A stretch of DNA of 64,000 nt from Desulfovibrionaceae bacterium (GTDB lineage Bacteria; Desulfobacterota; Desulfovibrionia; Desulfovibrionales; Desulfovibrionaceae). The DNA lies in contig JAQXJC010000049.1 in assembly GCA_029008115.1 (NCBI GenBank), positions 27,818 through 91,817 on the forward strand. The letters run 5' to 3'. Shown here piece by piece: positions 40,861-58,849 of this stretch. Within the stretch, counting starts at the first letter, position 1. Every line of letters starts with the position of its first letter. Position numbers and translations under genes: made by a program. The notes beneath the pieces are model-generated. The model was given only the letters and a program-made list of their open reading frames with translations, did not search any database and was not told the DNA's origin.

Positions 40861-42462
40861 CTATTCGTCTTCAGCGCCTTCCCAGTGGATGAAGGAGCCG
40901 GGAGCCACGTCAGGCATGGCGTTGCAGATCAGTTCCACAAGGCCGGCGTAGGCGAAGCTGTTCTTGGTGTACAGATCGTGGTGTTCCAGAATTTCGCGAA
41001 TCTGGCCCTTGCAGTTGGAGCAGGGAGCGCAGATGTACTTCTTGGTTTCGGGGCCAAGGCAGTCGGCGAACGCGGCGCAGATCTGCTGCATCTTCTTACG
41101 GCCGGAGATGTTGTTGCGCCAGGGTTCCACGTTGTTGCGCGTCATGATGGCGAAGCCGGAACCGCCGCCGCAGCAGTAGTTGTCAACGCCGTGGCAGGGC
41201 ATTTCACGGAACTGGGGCGCGATCTTCCGCAGGATTTCACGCTGGGGTTCCACAATGCCCATGAGGCGCACGATGTTGCAGGGGTCGTGCAGGGTCACGG
41301 GGAAGTTGTTGCGGGAAGGATCGAGCTCCAGCTTGCCGGACATCACGATGTCACGCAGGGTCACGTAGCAGCTTTCGCGCGGAACCTGCATTTCATAGGG
41401 GATGACGCGGTCGGCGATAACGGTCATGGCCTTGTGGGCGTGGCCGCATTCGCCGATGACAATCTTCTTGACGCCCAGCTTCTTGGCGGCCTGCATGTGG
41501 AGCAGGGCCAGACGGGCGAGCTGGGCATCATCATAGAATACGCCGTAGTTCACGCCGTCATAGGCGCAGGCTTCGCTGGAGAGCGTCCAGGACAGGCCGG
41601 CCTTGTTGAAGATCAGCGAGAAGGCGGCAACGTTGTCAGGCCAGGCCATGATTTCGCCGGCATTGTGGATGAGCAGAATGTCCGCATCCTTCTTGTCAAA
41701 GGGCGTTTCAATGCCCACGCCGGTGATTTCGGTGTAGTCCTCGTCAATGAAGGACACGTTGTCCTGCACGACGGAAGGCGTCATGCCGGTAGAGGAGCCG
41801 ACCTTCAGCTGGTTCATGGTGCCCTTCTGGTGCAGTTCCGGCGGATACCAGCCCAGCTCCTGGCTGAAGAGCTTGCGAAGTTCGCGGGCGATGAGGCCGT
41901 TGTCCACGCCGATGGGGCAGACCTGCGCGCAGCGGCGGCACAGGTTGCAGCGGTAGGACAGCTCGGCCAGACGGGCGACGGTCTTCCAGTTCAGGTTCAT
42001 GTCGCCATAGCGCCACTTGGCGAAGGGCTCCTTCTTCACATACTGCTTGTAGATGCGGCGGAAGATTTCGGAGCGGTAGTTCGGGCGGTACATTTCGTTC
42101 TGGCCCGAGCATTCATACAGGTGGCAGGCTTCGGAACAGGAGTTGCACTGCACGCAGCAGTCCATGCTGGTCTGGAGCATGGGCAGGCAGGTCCAGTTGT
42201 TTTCCGTGGTGAAGAGCTTGCGCAGGCCGGTGAGGAACTTGTTGACCATTTCCTCTTCTTCCTGCGGCGTCTGGGGGCGAGGAATGTTCAGGACGTTCAC
42301 TTCGTCCAGAATGCAGCAGGTCTTCTGCTTCTGCTCTTCCGTGACGGGCTTCCAGGGGAAGGGAACCTCGTCAATGGGGAGCTTGGGCAGATCGTTGATG
42401 TCGATGCTGACCAGCTGGCCTTCGACATTGGATACGTCGGTAATCTTCAGATCCTTGTTCAT
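40861..42462 (-). CDS. DsrK/HdrD-like cytoplasmic Fe-S protein (2x[4Fe-4S] plus CCG domains)
   Basis: 533 aa. CVQCNSCSEAC and CNLCRRCAQVCP. C-terminal Cys-rich motifs GECGHAH, HDPCN, CCGGGSG, CAPCSNC. Confidence 0.75.
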   Translation of the reverse strand: MNKDLKITDVSNVEGQLVSIDINDLPKLPIDEVPFPWKPVTEEQKQKTCCILDEVNVLNIPRPQTPQEEEEMVNKFLTGLRKLFTTENNWTCLPMLQTSMDCCVQCNSCSEACHLYECSGQNEMYRPNYRSEIFRRIYKQYVKKEPFAKWRYGDMNLNWKTVARLAELSYRCNLCRRCAQVCPIGVDNGLIARELRKLFSQELGWYPPELHQKGTMNQLKVGSSTGMTPSVVQDNVSFIDEDYTEITGVGIETPFDKKDADILLIHNAGEIMAWPDNVAAFSLIFNKAGLSWTLSSEACAYDGVNYGVFYDDAQLARLALLHMQAAKKLGVKKIVIGECGHAHKAMTVIADRVIPYEMQVPRESCYVTLRDIVMSGKLELDPSRNNFPVTLHDPCNIVRLMGIVEPQREILRKIAPQFREMPCHGVDNYCCGGGSGFAIMTRNNVEPWRNNISGRKKMQQICAAFADCLGPETKKYICAPCSNCKGQIREILEHHDLYTKNSFAYAGLVELICNAMPDVAPGSFIHWEGAEDE

Positions 42463-42485
42463 ACTGTATTCTCCGTCGTCCGAGC

Positions 42486-43415
42486 TTACTTCTTGGGGGC
42501 CGCGGGATTGGTGGTGGCAATGTCAACCCAGGTCTTCACGCCGTCGCCGGCGATGTGGTCGGCAGACCAGGTGGGCTTCAGCTGGAGCGCTTCCTGAATC
42601 TTCTTCTGGTTGGCTTCGCTGTAGTTGGTGGGCATGTCACCCCAGCGGATGTCATGGTAGGTGAAGTACTTGTAGATGAGGTGCTGCATGTTGGTCAGGG
42701 GCACCCAGATCATGAGGAAGAAGCCCAGGAACAGGTGGATGGCAAAGGGGCTGCTGACCAGGGGCTGGAAGTTGAACGTGACCATGTTGTACATGAAGTC
42801 GCGGCCCATGGCGAAGAAGGAGGGCTGGGTGGCCCAGGCAGCCAGGCCAAAGATGGCGAACACGACAAAGGCGGCCAGGTTGAAGTACTGCTCACCGGAG
42901 GAGTACTTGCTCAGGCCGGGGTCGCTGACGCGACGGTAGATGAGGCTGATGCCGCCGCCAACGGTGCCGAGCAGGCCCAGCAGGGAGATGGCATTGATCA
43001 CGTTGGCGATGAAGATCATGAAGCCGTTGGCATCGGACACGCCGCAGAACTTCAGGAACACGGCGAACATGACCACCATGATGCCGCCCATCATCATATA
43101 CATGCCCAGATGGAAGGGATAGGTGCGAATCCACAGGGGCTTGTTATGGTGATAGGTCGCTTCCAGGAAGAGCACTTCCTTCAGCAGGGCGATGAGGTCG
43201 CCCATGTGGGACACGTGGCGGCCCTTGGTCCACCATTCCTTTTCGTCCATGAAGCTGCCGCCGTATGCGGCCTTTTTGCCTTCATGCGGTACGGGGTACA
43301 GTTCCCAGCGCACATGAAGCGGGCTGGAGGTGAGGTAGCCGCGCACTTTGGTTACGGCGAAGAAGATGAAGCCGATGAGCGCCGCGTAGGCAAGAAGATA
43401 GAACAGGGTCGTCAT
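42486..43415 (-). CDS. DsrM/NarI/HdrE-like integral membrane protein (putative b-haem quinone-interacting subunit)
   Basis: ATG 43415 with GGGAGAG upstream, giving 309 aa. About 5-6 TM helices with His residues in the helices, and a hydrophilic roughly 60-aa C-terminal tail. Lies 23 nt upstream of the DsrK-like gene. Confidence 0.6.
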   Translation of the reverse strand: MTTLFYLLAYAALIGFIFFAVTKVRGYLTSSPLHVRWELYPVPHEGKKAAYGGSFMDEKEWWTKGRHVSHMGDLIALLKEVLFLEATYHHNKPLWIRTYPFHLGMYMMMGGIMVVMFAVFLKFCGVSDANGFMIFIANVINAISLLGLLGTVGGGISLIYRRVSDPGLSKYSSGEQYFNLAAFVVFAIFGLAAWATQPSFFAMGRDFMYNMVTFNFQPLVSSPFAIHLFLGFFLMIWVPLTNMQHLIYKYFTYHDIRWGDMPTNYSEANQKKIQEALQLKPTWSADHIAGDGVKTWVDIATTNPAAPKK

Positions 43416-43755
43416 ACTACTCTCCCATGAGTCAAGATGCTTAACCACCTAGGGTTTTGCGACAGCAGCTTACCCTTGTTTGCCGCCGTCTTTCCAATAC
43501 AGGGCAGAACCACCTGCGCGGTTCCGTGTTTTTTGCGGAATATGCCGGGCCGGCGCTTCCTGTGCGAACAATCAATATCTTCGTTTTTCTTGAAGAATTT
43601 AGCCTGTTCACACGTCAGAACACCTTATCAGAAAAAAATGGAAATGCAAAGCGCTTTAGCGGGGAAAAGCCGTGCGGGCTTGCAGAACGGGAATGTTTTC
43701 AGGCAATTATTTCTCGAAAAAGAGAACAGGAGAAGACGAACGTGCCGAAGACATG

Positions 43756-43780
43756 AAAAAGGCCCGCCGGAGGCGGGCCC
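43756..43780 (-). terminator. Rho-independent terminator of rpoC
   Basis: On the minus strand GGCCCGCC-[3 nt]-GGCGGGCC (8 bp) followed by TTTTT, 15 nt after the rpoC stop. Confidence 0.75.
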
Positions 43781-43794
43781 TTGCAGCCGGGGAC

Positions 43795-47982
<4,188 letters not shown>

Positions 47983-48087
47983 ATATAGTTACCTTGCTTG
48001 GAAAGCAGTTCATTGTCTACAAAAGCGCGCTGCGCTGGCCTGCCAGACGGACCGGCCGCGCCGCGGGGGCGCGGCCGGCTGCCGCCG

Positions 48088-52311
<4,224 letters not shown>

Positions 52312-52599
52312 TCTGTACCTCAAGGTAGGTAATAGTTTTCCCGCGGGAGCGGGCAAAAACTGGCGCTTGCGCGGCGGCATCCGCGGCGATACATATATGG
52401 CGGCAAAACCCCATGTCTCCTGTCCGCAGGCAGGAAATCATGGGTGCCGTCACTTGTATGATTCTTTCAGCATTTATAGCATGTTACAAAAAAGTTCAGG
52501 ATGCTCCGCCTTTGTATTCAAAAAAGATTCGGTCACTGTATCCGTTACGCATGATTTTTGCAAGCAAAAAAAGTGCCGGAACTGTGGCGGCGCACATGC

Positions 52600-52631
52600 A
52601 AAAAAAAGGCGGACCGCCATGCGATCCGCCC
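52600..52631 (-). terminator. Partial terminator/attenuator between rplL and rpoB
   Basis: On the minus strand GGCGGA-N11-TCCGCC followed by TTTTTTTT, 24 nt after the rplL stop. Analogous to the E. coli rplL-rpoB attenuator. Confidence 0.55.
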
Positions 52632-52654
52632 TGCAAGCTTCAGGAGAAGTGAAA

Positions 52655-53041
52655 TTACTTGATTTCGACTTCGGCGCCGGCTTCCACCAGCTGCTTCTTG
52701 GCTTCTTCGGCTTCTTCCTTGGAAACGCCTTCCTTCAGGGTGGCGGGAGCGCCGTCGACCTTTTCCTTGGCTTCCTTGAGGCCCAGGCTGGTCAGAGCGC
52801 GCACAACCTTGATGACGGCGATCTTGTTGGCGCCGGCGGCCTTCAGCACGACGTCGAATTCAGTCTTTTCTTCAGCGGCCGGAGCGGCGTCGCCAGCAGC
52901 GGCGGGAGCCATCATCATGGCGGCGGGGGCAGCGGCGGACACGCCGAACTTTTCTTCGAGTTCCTTGATGAATTCGGAGAGTTCCAGCACGGTCATGTTG
53001 GAGATGAACTCAACAACCTGTTCTTTGGTCACTTCAGACAT
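52655..53041 (-). CDS. rplL: 50S ribosomal protein L7/L12
   Basis: 128 aa. Ala-rich hinge and a C-terminal ...[16 protein letters not shown]. Confidence 0.97.
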   Translation of the reverse strand: MSEVTKEQVVEFISNMTVLELSEFIKELEEKFGVSAAAPAAMMMAPAAAGDAAPAAEEKTEFDVVLKAAGANKIAVIKVVRALTSLGLKEAKEKVDGAPATLKEGVSKEEAEEAKKQLVEAGAEVEIK

Positions 53042-53095
53042 GGTTAGCTCCTAAAATCTTTGGCTTGGTAGTCAGTTTGGGTAAGCGCAGACGCC

Positions 53096-53614
53096 TTAGG
53101 CGGCCTTCTTTTCTTCGATAGCCTTGAGGGCGTACAGAAGACCGCGCTGGATGTTGGCGAAGAGCGAAACAAAATTGGTGGGTACCGCGTTCAGGGTGCC
53201 GAGCAGCTGGCCGAGCAGCTGCTGCTTGTTGGGCATCTTGGCGAGGGCTTCCACCTGTTCGGCGGACATGACCTTGCCTTCGAGGCTCGCACAGCGCACC
53301 TTGAAGATTTTGCTGGTCTTGGCAAAATCTTGAACAGCCTTGGCCACCGCCACGGGATCGTCAGTACCAAGGGCAATGGCGCAGTTTTCCTTAAAGGTGT
53401 CCTTTATGGAATCGTGCATGCCGCCGGTGAGAGCTATGCGGGCCAGAGTGTTCTTAACGACGTGCAGTTCGCCGCCGGCATTGCGCAGGGCCACTCTGAG
53501 GTTTGTCAGCTCTTCCACCGTCATACCCTTGAAGTCAGTGACGACCGCGATGCATGAAGCTTCAGCTTTCGCTTTGATAGCTTCGATGATGACGGCTTTT
53601 TCAGACCTAGTCAC
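53096..53614 (-). CDS. rplJ: 50S ribosomal protein L10
   Basis: 172 aa. GTG start with GAGGAG 6 nt upstream. Position upstream of rplL. Confidence 0.93.
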   Translation of the reverse strand: MTRSEKAVIIEAIKAKAEASCIAVVTDFKGMTVEELTNLRVALRNAGGELHVVKNTLARIALTGGMHDSIKDTFKENCAIALGTDDPVAVAKAVQDFAKTSKIFKVRCASLEGKVMSAEQVEALAKMPNKQQLLGQLLGTLNAVPTNFVSLFANIQRGLLYALKAIEEKKAA

Positions 53615-53782
53615 GTGATTCTCCTCACGTTCAGGGTTGCCAGGTGGAATGCCGAGCCAAAGATTCTTCGTCTGAGCGGGAGAATATTACGTCCACAAGG
53701 GACTCCCGCCGTCTTCGACTCGTATTCCTAAATCCTCTTCCGTGCGGTGTCATACACCGCAATGGCTGCTTTTGCAACCACT
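53615..53782 (-). promoter_or_regulatory. rplJ 5' leader (probable L10-leader autoregulatory region)
   Basis: 168-nt untranslated region upstream of rplJ containing a 7-bp hairpin GCGGTGT-CAT-ACACCGC (53744-53760). Assigned by position and analogy only. Confidence 0.35.
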
Positions 53783-53810
53783 GGGGAGGATGAAAAAAAT
53801 CATCCTCCCC
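53783..53810 (-). terminator. Perfect 11-bp hairpin immediately after rplA
   Basis: GGGGAGGATGA-[6 nt A/T loop]-TCATCCTCCCC, 12 nt after the rplA stop. No trailing T-run, so it may be an attenuator or stabiliser rather than a full terminator. Confidence 0.4.
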
Positions 53811-53822
53811 AAACTGGAGAGC

Positions 53823-54530
53823 TTACGCTTCCAGAAATTTCTTTACCTGGGTCATGTCGACCTTGAAGCCGGGGCCCATGGTGGTGGAAACCGCCATGGA
53901 AAGCATGTACTGCCCCTTGGCGCCGGTGGGCTTCAGGCGGTTGACCGTGTCCAGCAGGGCCTTCAGGTTGCCCAGAATCTTTTCGGGGCCGAAGGAAACC
54001 TTGCCCAGAGGAGCGTGCAGCACGCCAGCCTTGTCAACCTTAAAGTCCACGCGACCGGCCTTCAGTTCGGTGACGGCCTTGGTGACGTCAAAGGTAACGG
54101 AGCCGGTCTTGGCGTTGGGCATCAGGCCGCGGGGGCCGAGCAGGCGGCCAATCTGGCCGACCAGAGCCATGACGTCGGGCGTGGCGACGGCGGCGTCAAA
54201 GTCCAGCCAGCCGCCCTTCACCTGGGCAACGAGGTCTTCGGCGCCCACGAAATCGGCGCCGGCGGCCTTGGCTTCAGCCTGCTTCTCGCCTTTGCAGAAG
54301 ACAGCCACGCGGACGGTCTTGCCGAGGCCGTGGGGCAGGGTGACGGCGCCGCGCACCATCTGGTCGGAGTACTTGGGGTCAACGCCGAGACGGATGGCCA
54401 CGTCCACGGTTTCGTCAAACTTGGCGAAGGAGGCGCCAAGGGACTTGGCGACAGCGTCTTCGATGCTGAGGCGCTCCTGAAGGTTCACACCCTCAAGGGC
54501 TTTGCGGAAATTCTTGCCGTGCTTGGGCAT
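53823..54530 (-). CDS. rplA: 50S ribosomal protein L1
   Basis: ATG 54530 ([15 protein letters not shown]...), giving 235 aa. Confidence 0.96.
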   Translation of the reverse strand: MPKHGKNFRKALEGVNLQERLSIEDAVAKSLGASFAKFDETVDVAIRLGVDPKYSDQMVRGAVTLPHGLGKTVRVAVFCKGEKQAEAKAAGADFVGAEDLVAQVKGGWLDFDAAVATPDVMALVGQIGRLLGPRGLMPNAKTGSVTFDVTKAVTELKAGRVDFKVDKAGVLHAPLGKVSFGPEKILGNLKALLDTVNRLKPTGAKGQYMLSMAVSTTMGPGFKVDMTQVKKFLEA

Positions 54531-54610
54531 GATTCTAATTCCTTGTCGTTTTGCATCTCCTGCCGCGGTGCGATGCCCCCGGCAGTACAATTGATTTCAA
54601 CGAGTATGTG

Positions 54611-55033
54611 CTACTTGATATCAATGCCCATACTGTGCGCCGTGCCAATGATGGACTTGACGGCGGCTTCCAGGCTGGCGGCGTTCAGGTCGGGCATCTT
54701 CAGCTTGGCGATTTCCTCGACCTGTTCGTGCGTCAGCACGCCCACCTTGTTACGGTTGGGCTCGCCGGACCCCTTTTCCAGCTTGGCGGCCTTCTTGATG
54801 AGGACGGCGGCCGGAGGGGTCTTGGTGATGAACGTGAAGGAACGGTCGGCATACACCGTGATGACCACGGGGATAATCATGCCTTTCTGATCCTGGGTGC
54901 GCGCATTGAACTCCTTGCAGAAGCCCATGATGTTCAGACCATGCTGACCCAGCGCGGGGCCCACCGGCGGGGAGGGATTGGCAGCGCCAGCGGGAATCTG
55001 CAATTTAACCTTGGCTACTTCTTTCTTGGCCAT
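54611..55033 (-). CDS. rplK: 50S ribosomal protein L11
   Basis: 140 aa. [32 protein letters not shown]. Confidence 0.97.
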   Translation of the reverse strand: MAKKEVAKVKLQIPAGAANPSPPVGPALGQHGLNIMGFCKEFNARTQDQKGMIIPVVITVYADRSFTFITKTPPAAVLIKKAAKLEKGSGEPNRNKVGVLTHEQVEEIAKLKMPDLNAASLEAAVKSIIGTAHSMGIDIK

Positions 55034-55062
55034 GACTCTTATTCCTCAAAAAGGGCAGTTTG

Positions 55063-55635
55063 CTAACCCTTGGAAACCTGAACGAAGTCCAGTTCCACCG
55101 GGGTTTGGCGGCCGAAAATGGACACCGATACCCGAAGTTTGCCTTTGTAGTAATTGACCTCGTCCACCACGCCGTTGAAACCCCCGAAAGGTCCGTCGAT
55201 AACGCGGATCGTCTCGCCCTTTTCGAAATTGAACTTGGGGCGGGGGCTTTCCTGCCGGGTCTCCATCAGGGAGAGGATGCGTTCAGCTTCCTTGTCGCTC
55301 ATGGGGGTGGGCCGGTTCTTGCCGCCGACAAAGCCGGTGACCTTGGGGATGGACTGCACCGCATGCCAGGAGAAATCCGTCATGATCATGCGCACCATGA
55401 CGTAGCCGGGATAGAACTTCCGGGTCGTCGTGCGCCGTTCCCCGCTTTTGGAAAGCTCAAGAACTTTCTCCGTGGGAACGACGACCTCCTGAATAAGCCC
55501 CTCGTCTTGCCCGGTGCGGATCATCTCGTTGATGGTCTTCTGTACGCGCTGCTCAAAGCCGGAGTAGGTGTGCAGAATGTACCACCGAGACTTTTTGCTC
55601 AGCTCGGAATCGGCAGGGATGATTTGTTCGTTCAT
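55063..55635 (-). CDS. nusG: Transcription termination/antitermination factor NusG
   Basis: 190 aa. NGN domain (WYILHTYSGFE) and C-terminal KOW (G..V.V..GPF). Confidence 0.95.
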   Translation of the reverse strand: MNEQIIPADSELSKKSRWYILHTYSGFEQRVQKTINEMIRTGQDEGLIQEVVVPTEKVLELSKSGERRTTTRKFYPGYVMVRMIMTDFSWHAVQSIPKVTGFVGGKNRPTPMSDKEAERILSLMETRQESPRPKFNFEKGETIRVIDGPFGGFNGVVDEVNYYKGKLRVSVSIFGRQTPVELDFVQVSKG

Positions 55636-55642
55636 AGCGAAA

Positions 55643-55882
55643 TCAGGAGAGGATTGTCTTGATCAACGAGGAAAGGCAGAGATCGACCAGACCCAAAATA
55701 ACGGCCATGACCGCTACGAAGCCCAGCACCATCAGTGTAGCACCCTTGGTCTCCTTCAGCGTGGGCCACGTCACCTTGCGGAGTTCCGCACGGGACGCTT
55801 CCACATACGCCGTGAAGCGGGCGATGGGGCCGGGAGCTTTTTCGTCATCCATCTCTGAAGCGGTGGGCTGTTTCTTTGCCAT
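55643..55882 (-). CDS. secE: Preprotein translocase subunit SecE
   Basis: ATG 55882, giving 79 aa. ELRKVTWPT motif followed by a single TM. Confidence 0.9.
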   Translation of the reverse strand: MAKKQPTASEMDDEKAPGPIARFTAYVEASRAELRKVTWPTLKETKGATLMVLGFVAVMAVILGLVDLCLSSLIKTILS

Positions 55883-55909
55883 TTTTCTACCTGGGCTATA
55901 AAATAGAAT

Positions 55910-55985
55910 TGGCAGGGCAGGAGGGATTCGAACCCCCAACATGCGGTTTTGGAGACCGCCGCTCTACCGTTAGAGCTACTGCCCT
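55910..55985 (-). tRNA. tRNA-Trp (anticodon CCA)
   Basis: AGGGCAG...CTGCCCT acceptor stem, anticodon loop CTCCAAA, GGTTCGAATCC T loop, CCA encoded. Classic position between rpmG and secE. Confidence 0.9.
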
Positions 55986-56031
55986 GCGCACCGGGGGAGC
56001 GGGGCTCCCCCGGAGAATGAGTTATTATATC

Positions 56032-56181
56032 TTACCTGGTTTCGCGATGCAAGGTATGCTTCTTGTCCCAGGGGCAATATTTTTTGATTTCAAGGCGCCC
56101 GGTCGTATTCTTCTTGTTCTTCCGGGTGCTGTAGTTGCGACGCTTGCACTCGGTGCAGGCGAGAATGATGTTCACACGCAT
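56032..56181 (-). CDS. rpmG: 50S ribosomal protein L33
   Basis: Not in the ORF track (49 aa). My own translation: [49 protein letters not shown]. Lies 4 nt after the tuf stop. Confidence 0.9.
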   Translation of the reverse strand: MRVNIILACTECKRRNYSTRKNKKNTTGRLEIKKYCPWDKKHTLHRETR

Positions 56182-56185
56182 GATA

Positions 56186-57379
<1,194 letters not shown>

Positions 57380-57521
57380 AGTAATTCTCCCTGGAAATTT
57401 TAGTTATTTGCGGTTAGAGAGTATAATTTGCATATCTTCACTGCCCGCGTTCACTCCCTGTTCGCCAGGGAAAGTGCATTGGCTTGCTTTGAATGAGGAG
57501 TCAGGGGGGAAGGCCAGGAAA

Positions 57522-57597
57522 TGGAGCGGGAAACGGGATTCGAACCCGCAACCCTCAGCTTGGAAGGCTGATGCTCTAGCCGTTGAGCTATTCCCGC
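57522..57597 (-). tRNA. tRNA-Gly (anticodon UCC)
   Basis: GCGGGAA...TTCCCGC acceptor stem, anticodon loop CTTCCAA, CCA encoded. 76 nt. Confidence 0.9.
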
Positions 57598-57678
57598 GCA
57601 AACCGTAGTACTCCGACAAAAGTCTCCTACAGCCAAGGCAGTTTTTCTATCCAGCCGCTCGCGCAAACATGCAGCGTA

Positions 57679-57764
57679 TGGTGGTGGGGGATGGATTTGA
57701 ACCATCGAAGTCTTACGACGACAGATTTACAGTCTGTTCCCTTTGGCCACTCGGGAACCCCACC
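57679..57764 (-). tRNA. tRNA-Tyr (anticodon GUA)
   Basis: GGTGGGG...CCCCACC acceptor stem, long variable arm, anticodon loop CTGTAAA, CCA encoded. 86 nt. Confidence 0.9.
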
Positions 57765-57798
57765 ACAGGGTATCGGCAAAAAAACTTTGACGATTTGC

Positions 57799-57874
57799 TG
57801 GAGCTGGCGATGGGACTCGAACCCGCAACCTGCTGATTACAAATCAGCTGCTCTGCCAGTTGAGCTACGCCAGC
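57799..57874 (-). tRNA. tRNA-Thr (anticodon UGU)
   Basis: GCTGGCG...CGCCAGC acceptor stem, anticodon loop TTTGTAA, CCA encoded. 76 nt. Confidence 0.9.
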
Positions 57875-57884
57875 GACAGATGGG

Positions 57885-57913
57885 CTTATACACAGGCCCA
57901 ATCCGTATTGCAA
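57885..57913 (-). promoter_or_regulatory. Sigma70 promoter for the tRNA(Thr-Tyr-Gly)-tuf transcription unit
   Basis: On the minus strand TTGCAA-N17-TATAAG ends 10 nt before the tRNA-Thr 5' end, preceded by an A/T-rich UP-like tract (57914-57945). Confidence 0.55.
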
Positions 57914-57945
57914 GTAAAAAATGCGCGTTTTCCCCAAATTTTTTT

Positions 57946-58800
57946 TCAGACCTTTTTCCACGCTTCGCAGAATCTGTCCAGTCCGGCGAAATCCTTGTGG
58001 ATTTTTATATCGCGCCAGAATGGAGATGCCATGAGCATGGCGTGGACGGCCGCCCCCTGCCCAGCGCCGTGTTCCATAAGCAGCAGGCCGCCGGGGCGCA
58101 GCATGCGTGCGGCCTGTCCGGCCAGAGCGGCAAGATGTCCCAGCCCCTCCGCGGGAGAGAACAGCGCGCCAGCCGGCTCAAAATCCAGCACTTCACGGCT
58201 GATTCCGGGCCGTTCCGCCTCGGCGATATAGGGAGGATTGCTGATGCAGCAGTCCAGCGAGCTGTCCGCCACTGGCGGGGATGTCATGTCGCCGCATATG
58301 GCTGGAACGCGCTCCGCCACATGCAGCTGGCGCGCATTATGGCAGGCCACATCCAGCGCCTGCGGGCTGATGTCCAGCATGAGGCCGCGCCACAGGGGGC
58401 GTTCCGCCGCCAGCGTCAGAGCTATGCAGCCTGAGCCCGTGCCCATGTCCGCAAAGCGCAGGGCAGAAGGGGGAAACGCCTCCAGCGCCCGTTCCACCAG
58501 CAGTTCAGTCTCCGGGCGGGGAATGAGCGTGGCGGGAGTGACGTGGAAGGCTCTGCCGTAAAATTCTTTGCCGCCGAGCAGATAGGCCACGGGTTCTCCC
58601 TGCGCGCGGCGGGCGGTGAGCGCATGAAAGGCCGCTTCCCGTGCCGGTGGAACGGCATCGTCGGCATGGGCGATGAGCCACACGCGATCCCGGTCGAAGC
58701 AGTGGGCGGCCAGCAGCTCGGCGGAGCGGCGCGGGGCATCGACGCCGGCGTCATCCAGCTGGCGGGTGGCCTGTCGAAGCATTGCTGCAATGGTGGGCAT
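57946..58800 (-). CDS. prmC: Release-factor glutamine N5-methyltransferase PrmC (HemK)
   Basis: ATG 58800 (MPTIAAMLRQATRQL...), giving 284 aa. DMGTGSG SAM motif and NPPY. Confidence 0.9.
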   Translation of the reverse strand: MPTIAAMLRQATRQLDDAGVDAPRRSAELLAAHCFDRDRVWLIAHADDAVPPAREAAFHALTARRAQGEPVAYLLGGKEFYGRAFHVTPATLIPRPETELLVERALEAFPPSALRFADMGTGSGCIALTLAAERPLWRGLMLDISPQALDVACHNARQLHVAERVPAICGDMTSPPVADSSLDCCISNPPYIAEAERPGISREVLDFEPAGALFSPAEGLGHLAALAGQAARMLRPGGLLLMEHGAGQGAAVHAMLMASPFWRDIKIHKDFAGLDRFCEAWKKV

Positions 58801-58849
58801 GTCGGCTCCAGCAGGTGGAGGGAGGCGTATGCCCCCCCTCCACGCGGCA

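Noticed and set aside
40511-40951. 146-aa + strand ORF starting in the AT-rich island and running into the DsrK-like gene.
   Set aside because: It overlaps the DsrK-like 3' end and its terminator in antisense. It has an Arg/Ser/Pro/Ala-rich composition, no RBS and no recognisable domain.
40356-43415. tRNA-Leu as the attachment site of a genomic island carrying the DsrMK-like genes.
   Set aside because: There is no integrase, recombinase or mobility gene. I noticed no direct repeat of the tRNA 3' half. The module lies on the 5' side of the tRNA, and its codon usage looks like the rest of the window.
40861-43415. Calling the pair canonical dsrM/dsrK of the DsrMKJOP complex.
   Set aside because: No dsrJ, dsrO or dsrP follows; a terminator and a tRNA follow instead. 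The N-termini do not match my recollection of Desulfovibrio DsrM/DsrK. I kept only the family-level 'DsrMK/HdrED-like' call.
43607-43612. TGTGAA/TTCACA half-site in the DsrM-like upstream region as a Rex or CRP/FNR operator.
   Set aside because: Only one half-site is present. No matching inverted partner occurs at the required spacing.
57380-57521. Expected fourth tRNA (Thr-GGU, as in the E. coli thrU-tyrU-glyT-thrT-tufB cluster) between tRNA-Gly and tuf.
   Set aside because: No cloverleaf can be drawn in this 142-nt spacer. It contains only a short CCCTG-GCGAA-CAGGG hairpin and a TATACT -10-like element. The absence appears genuine but unremarkable.
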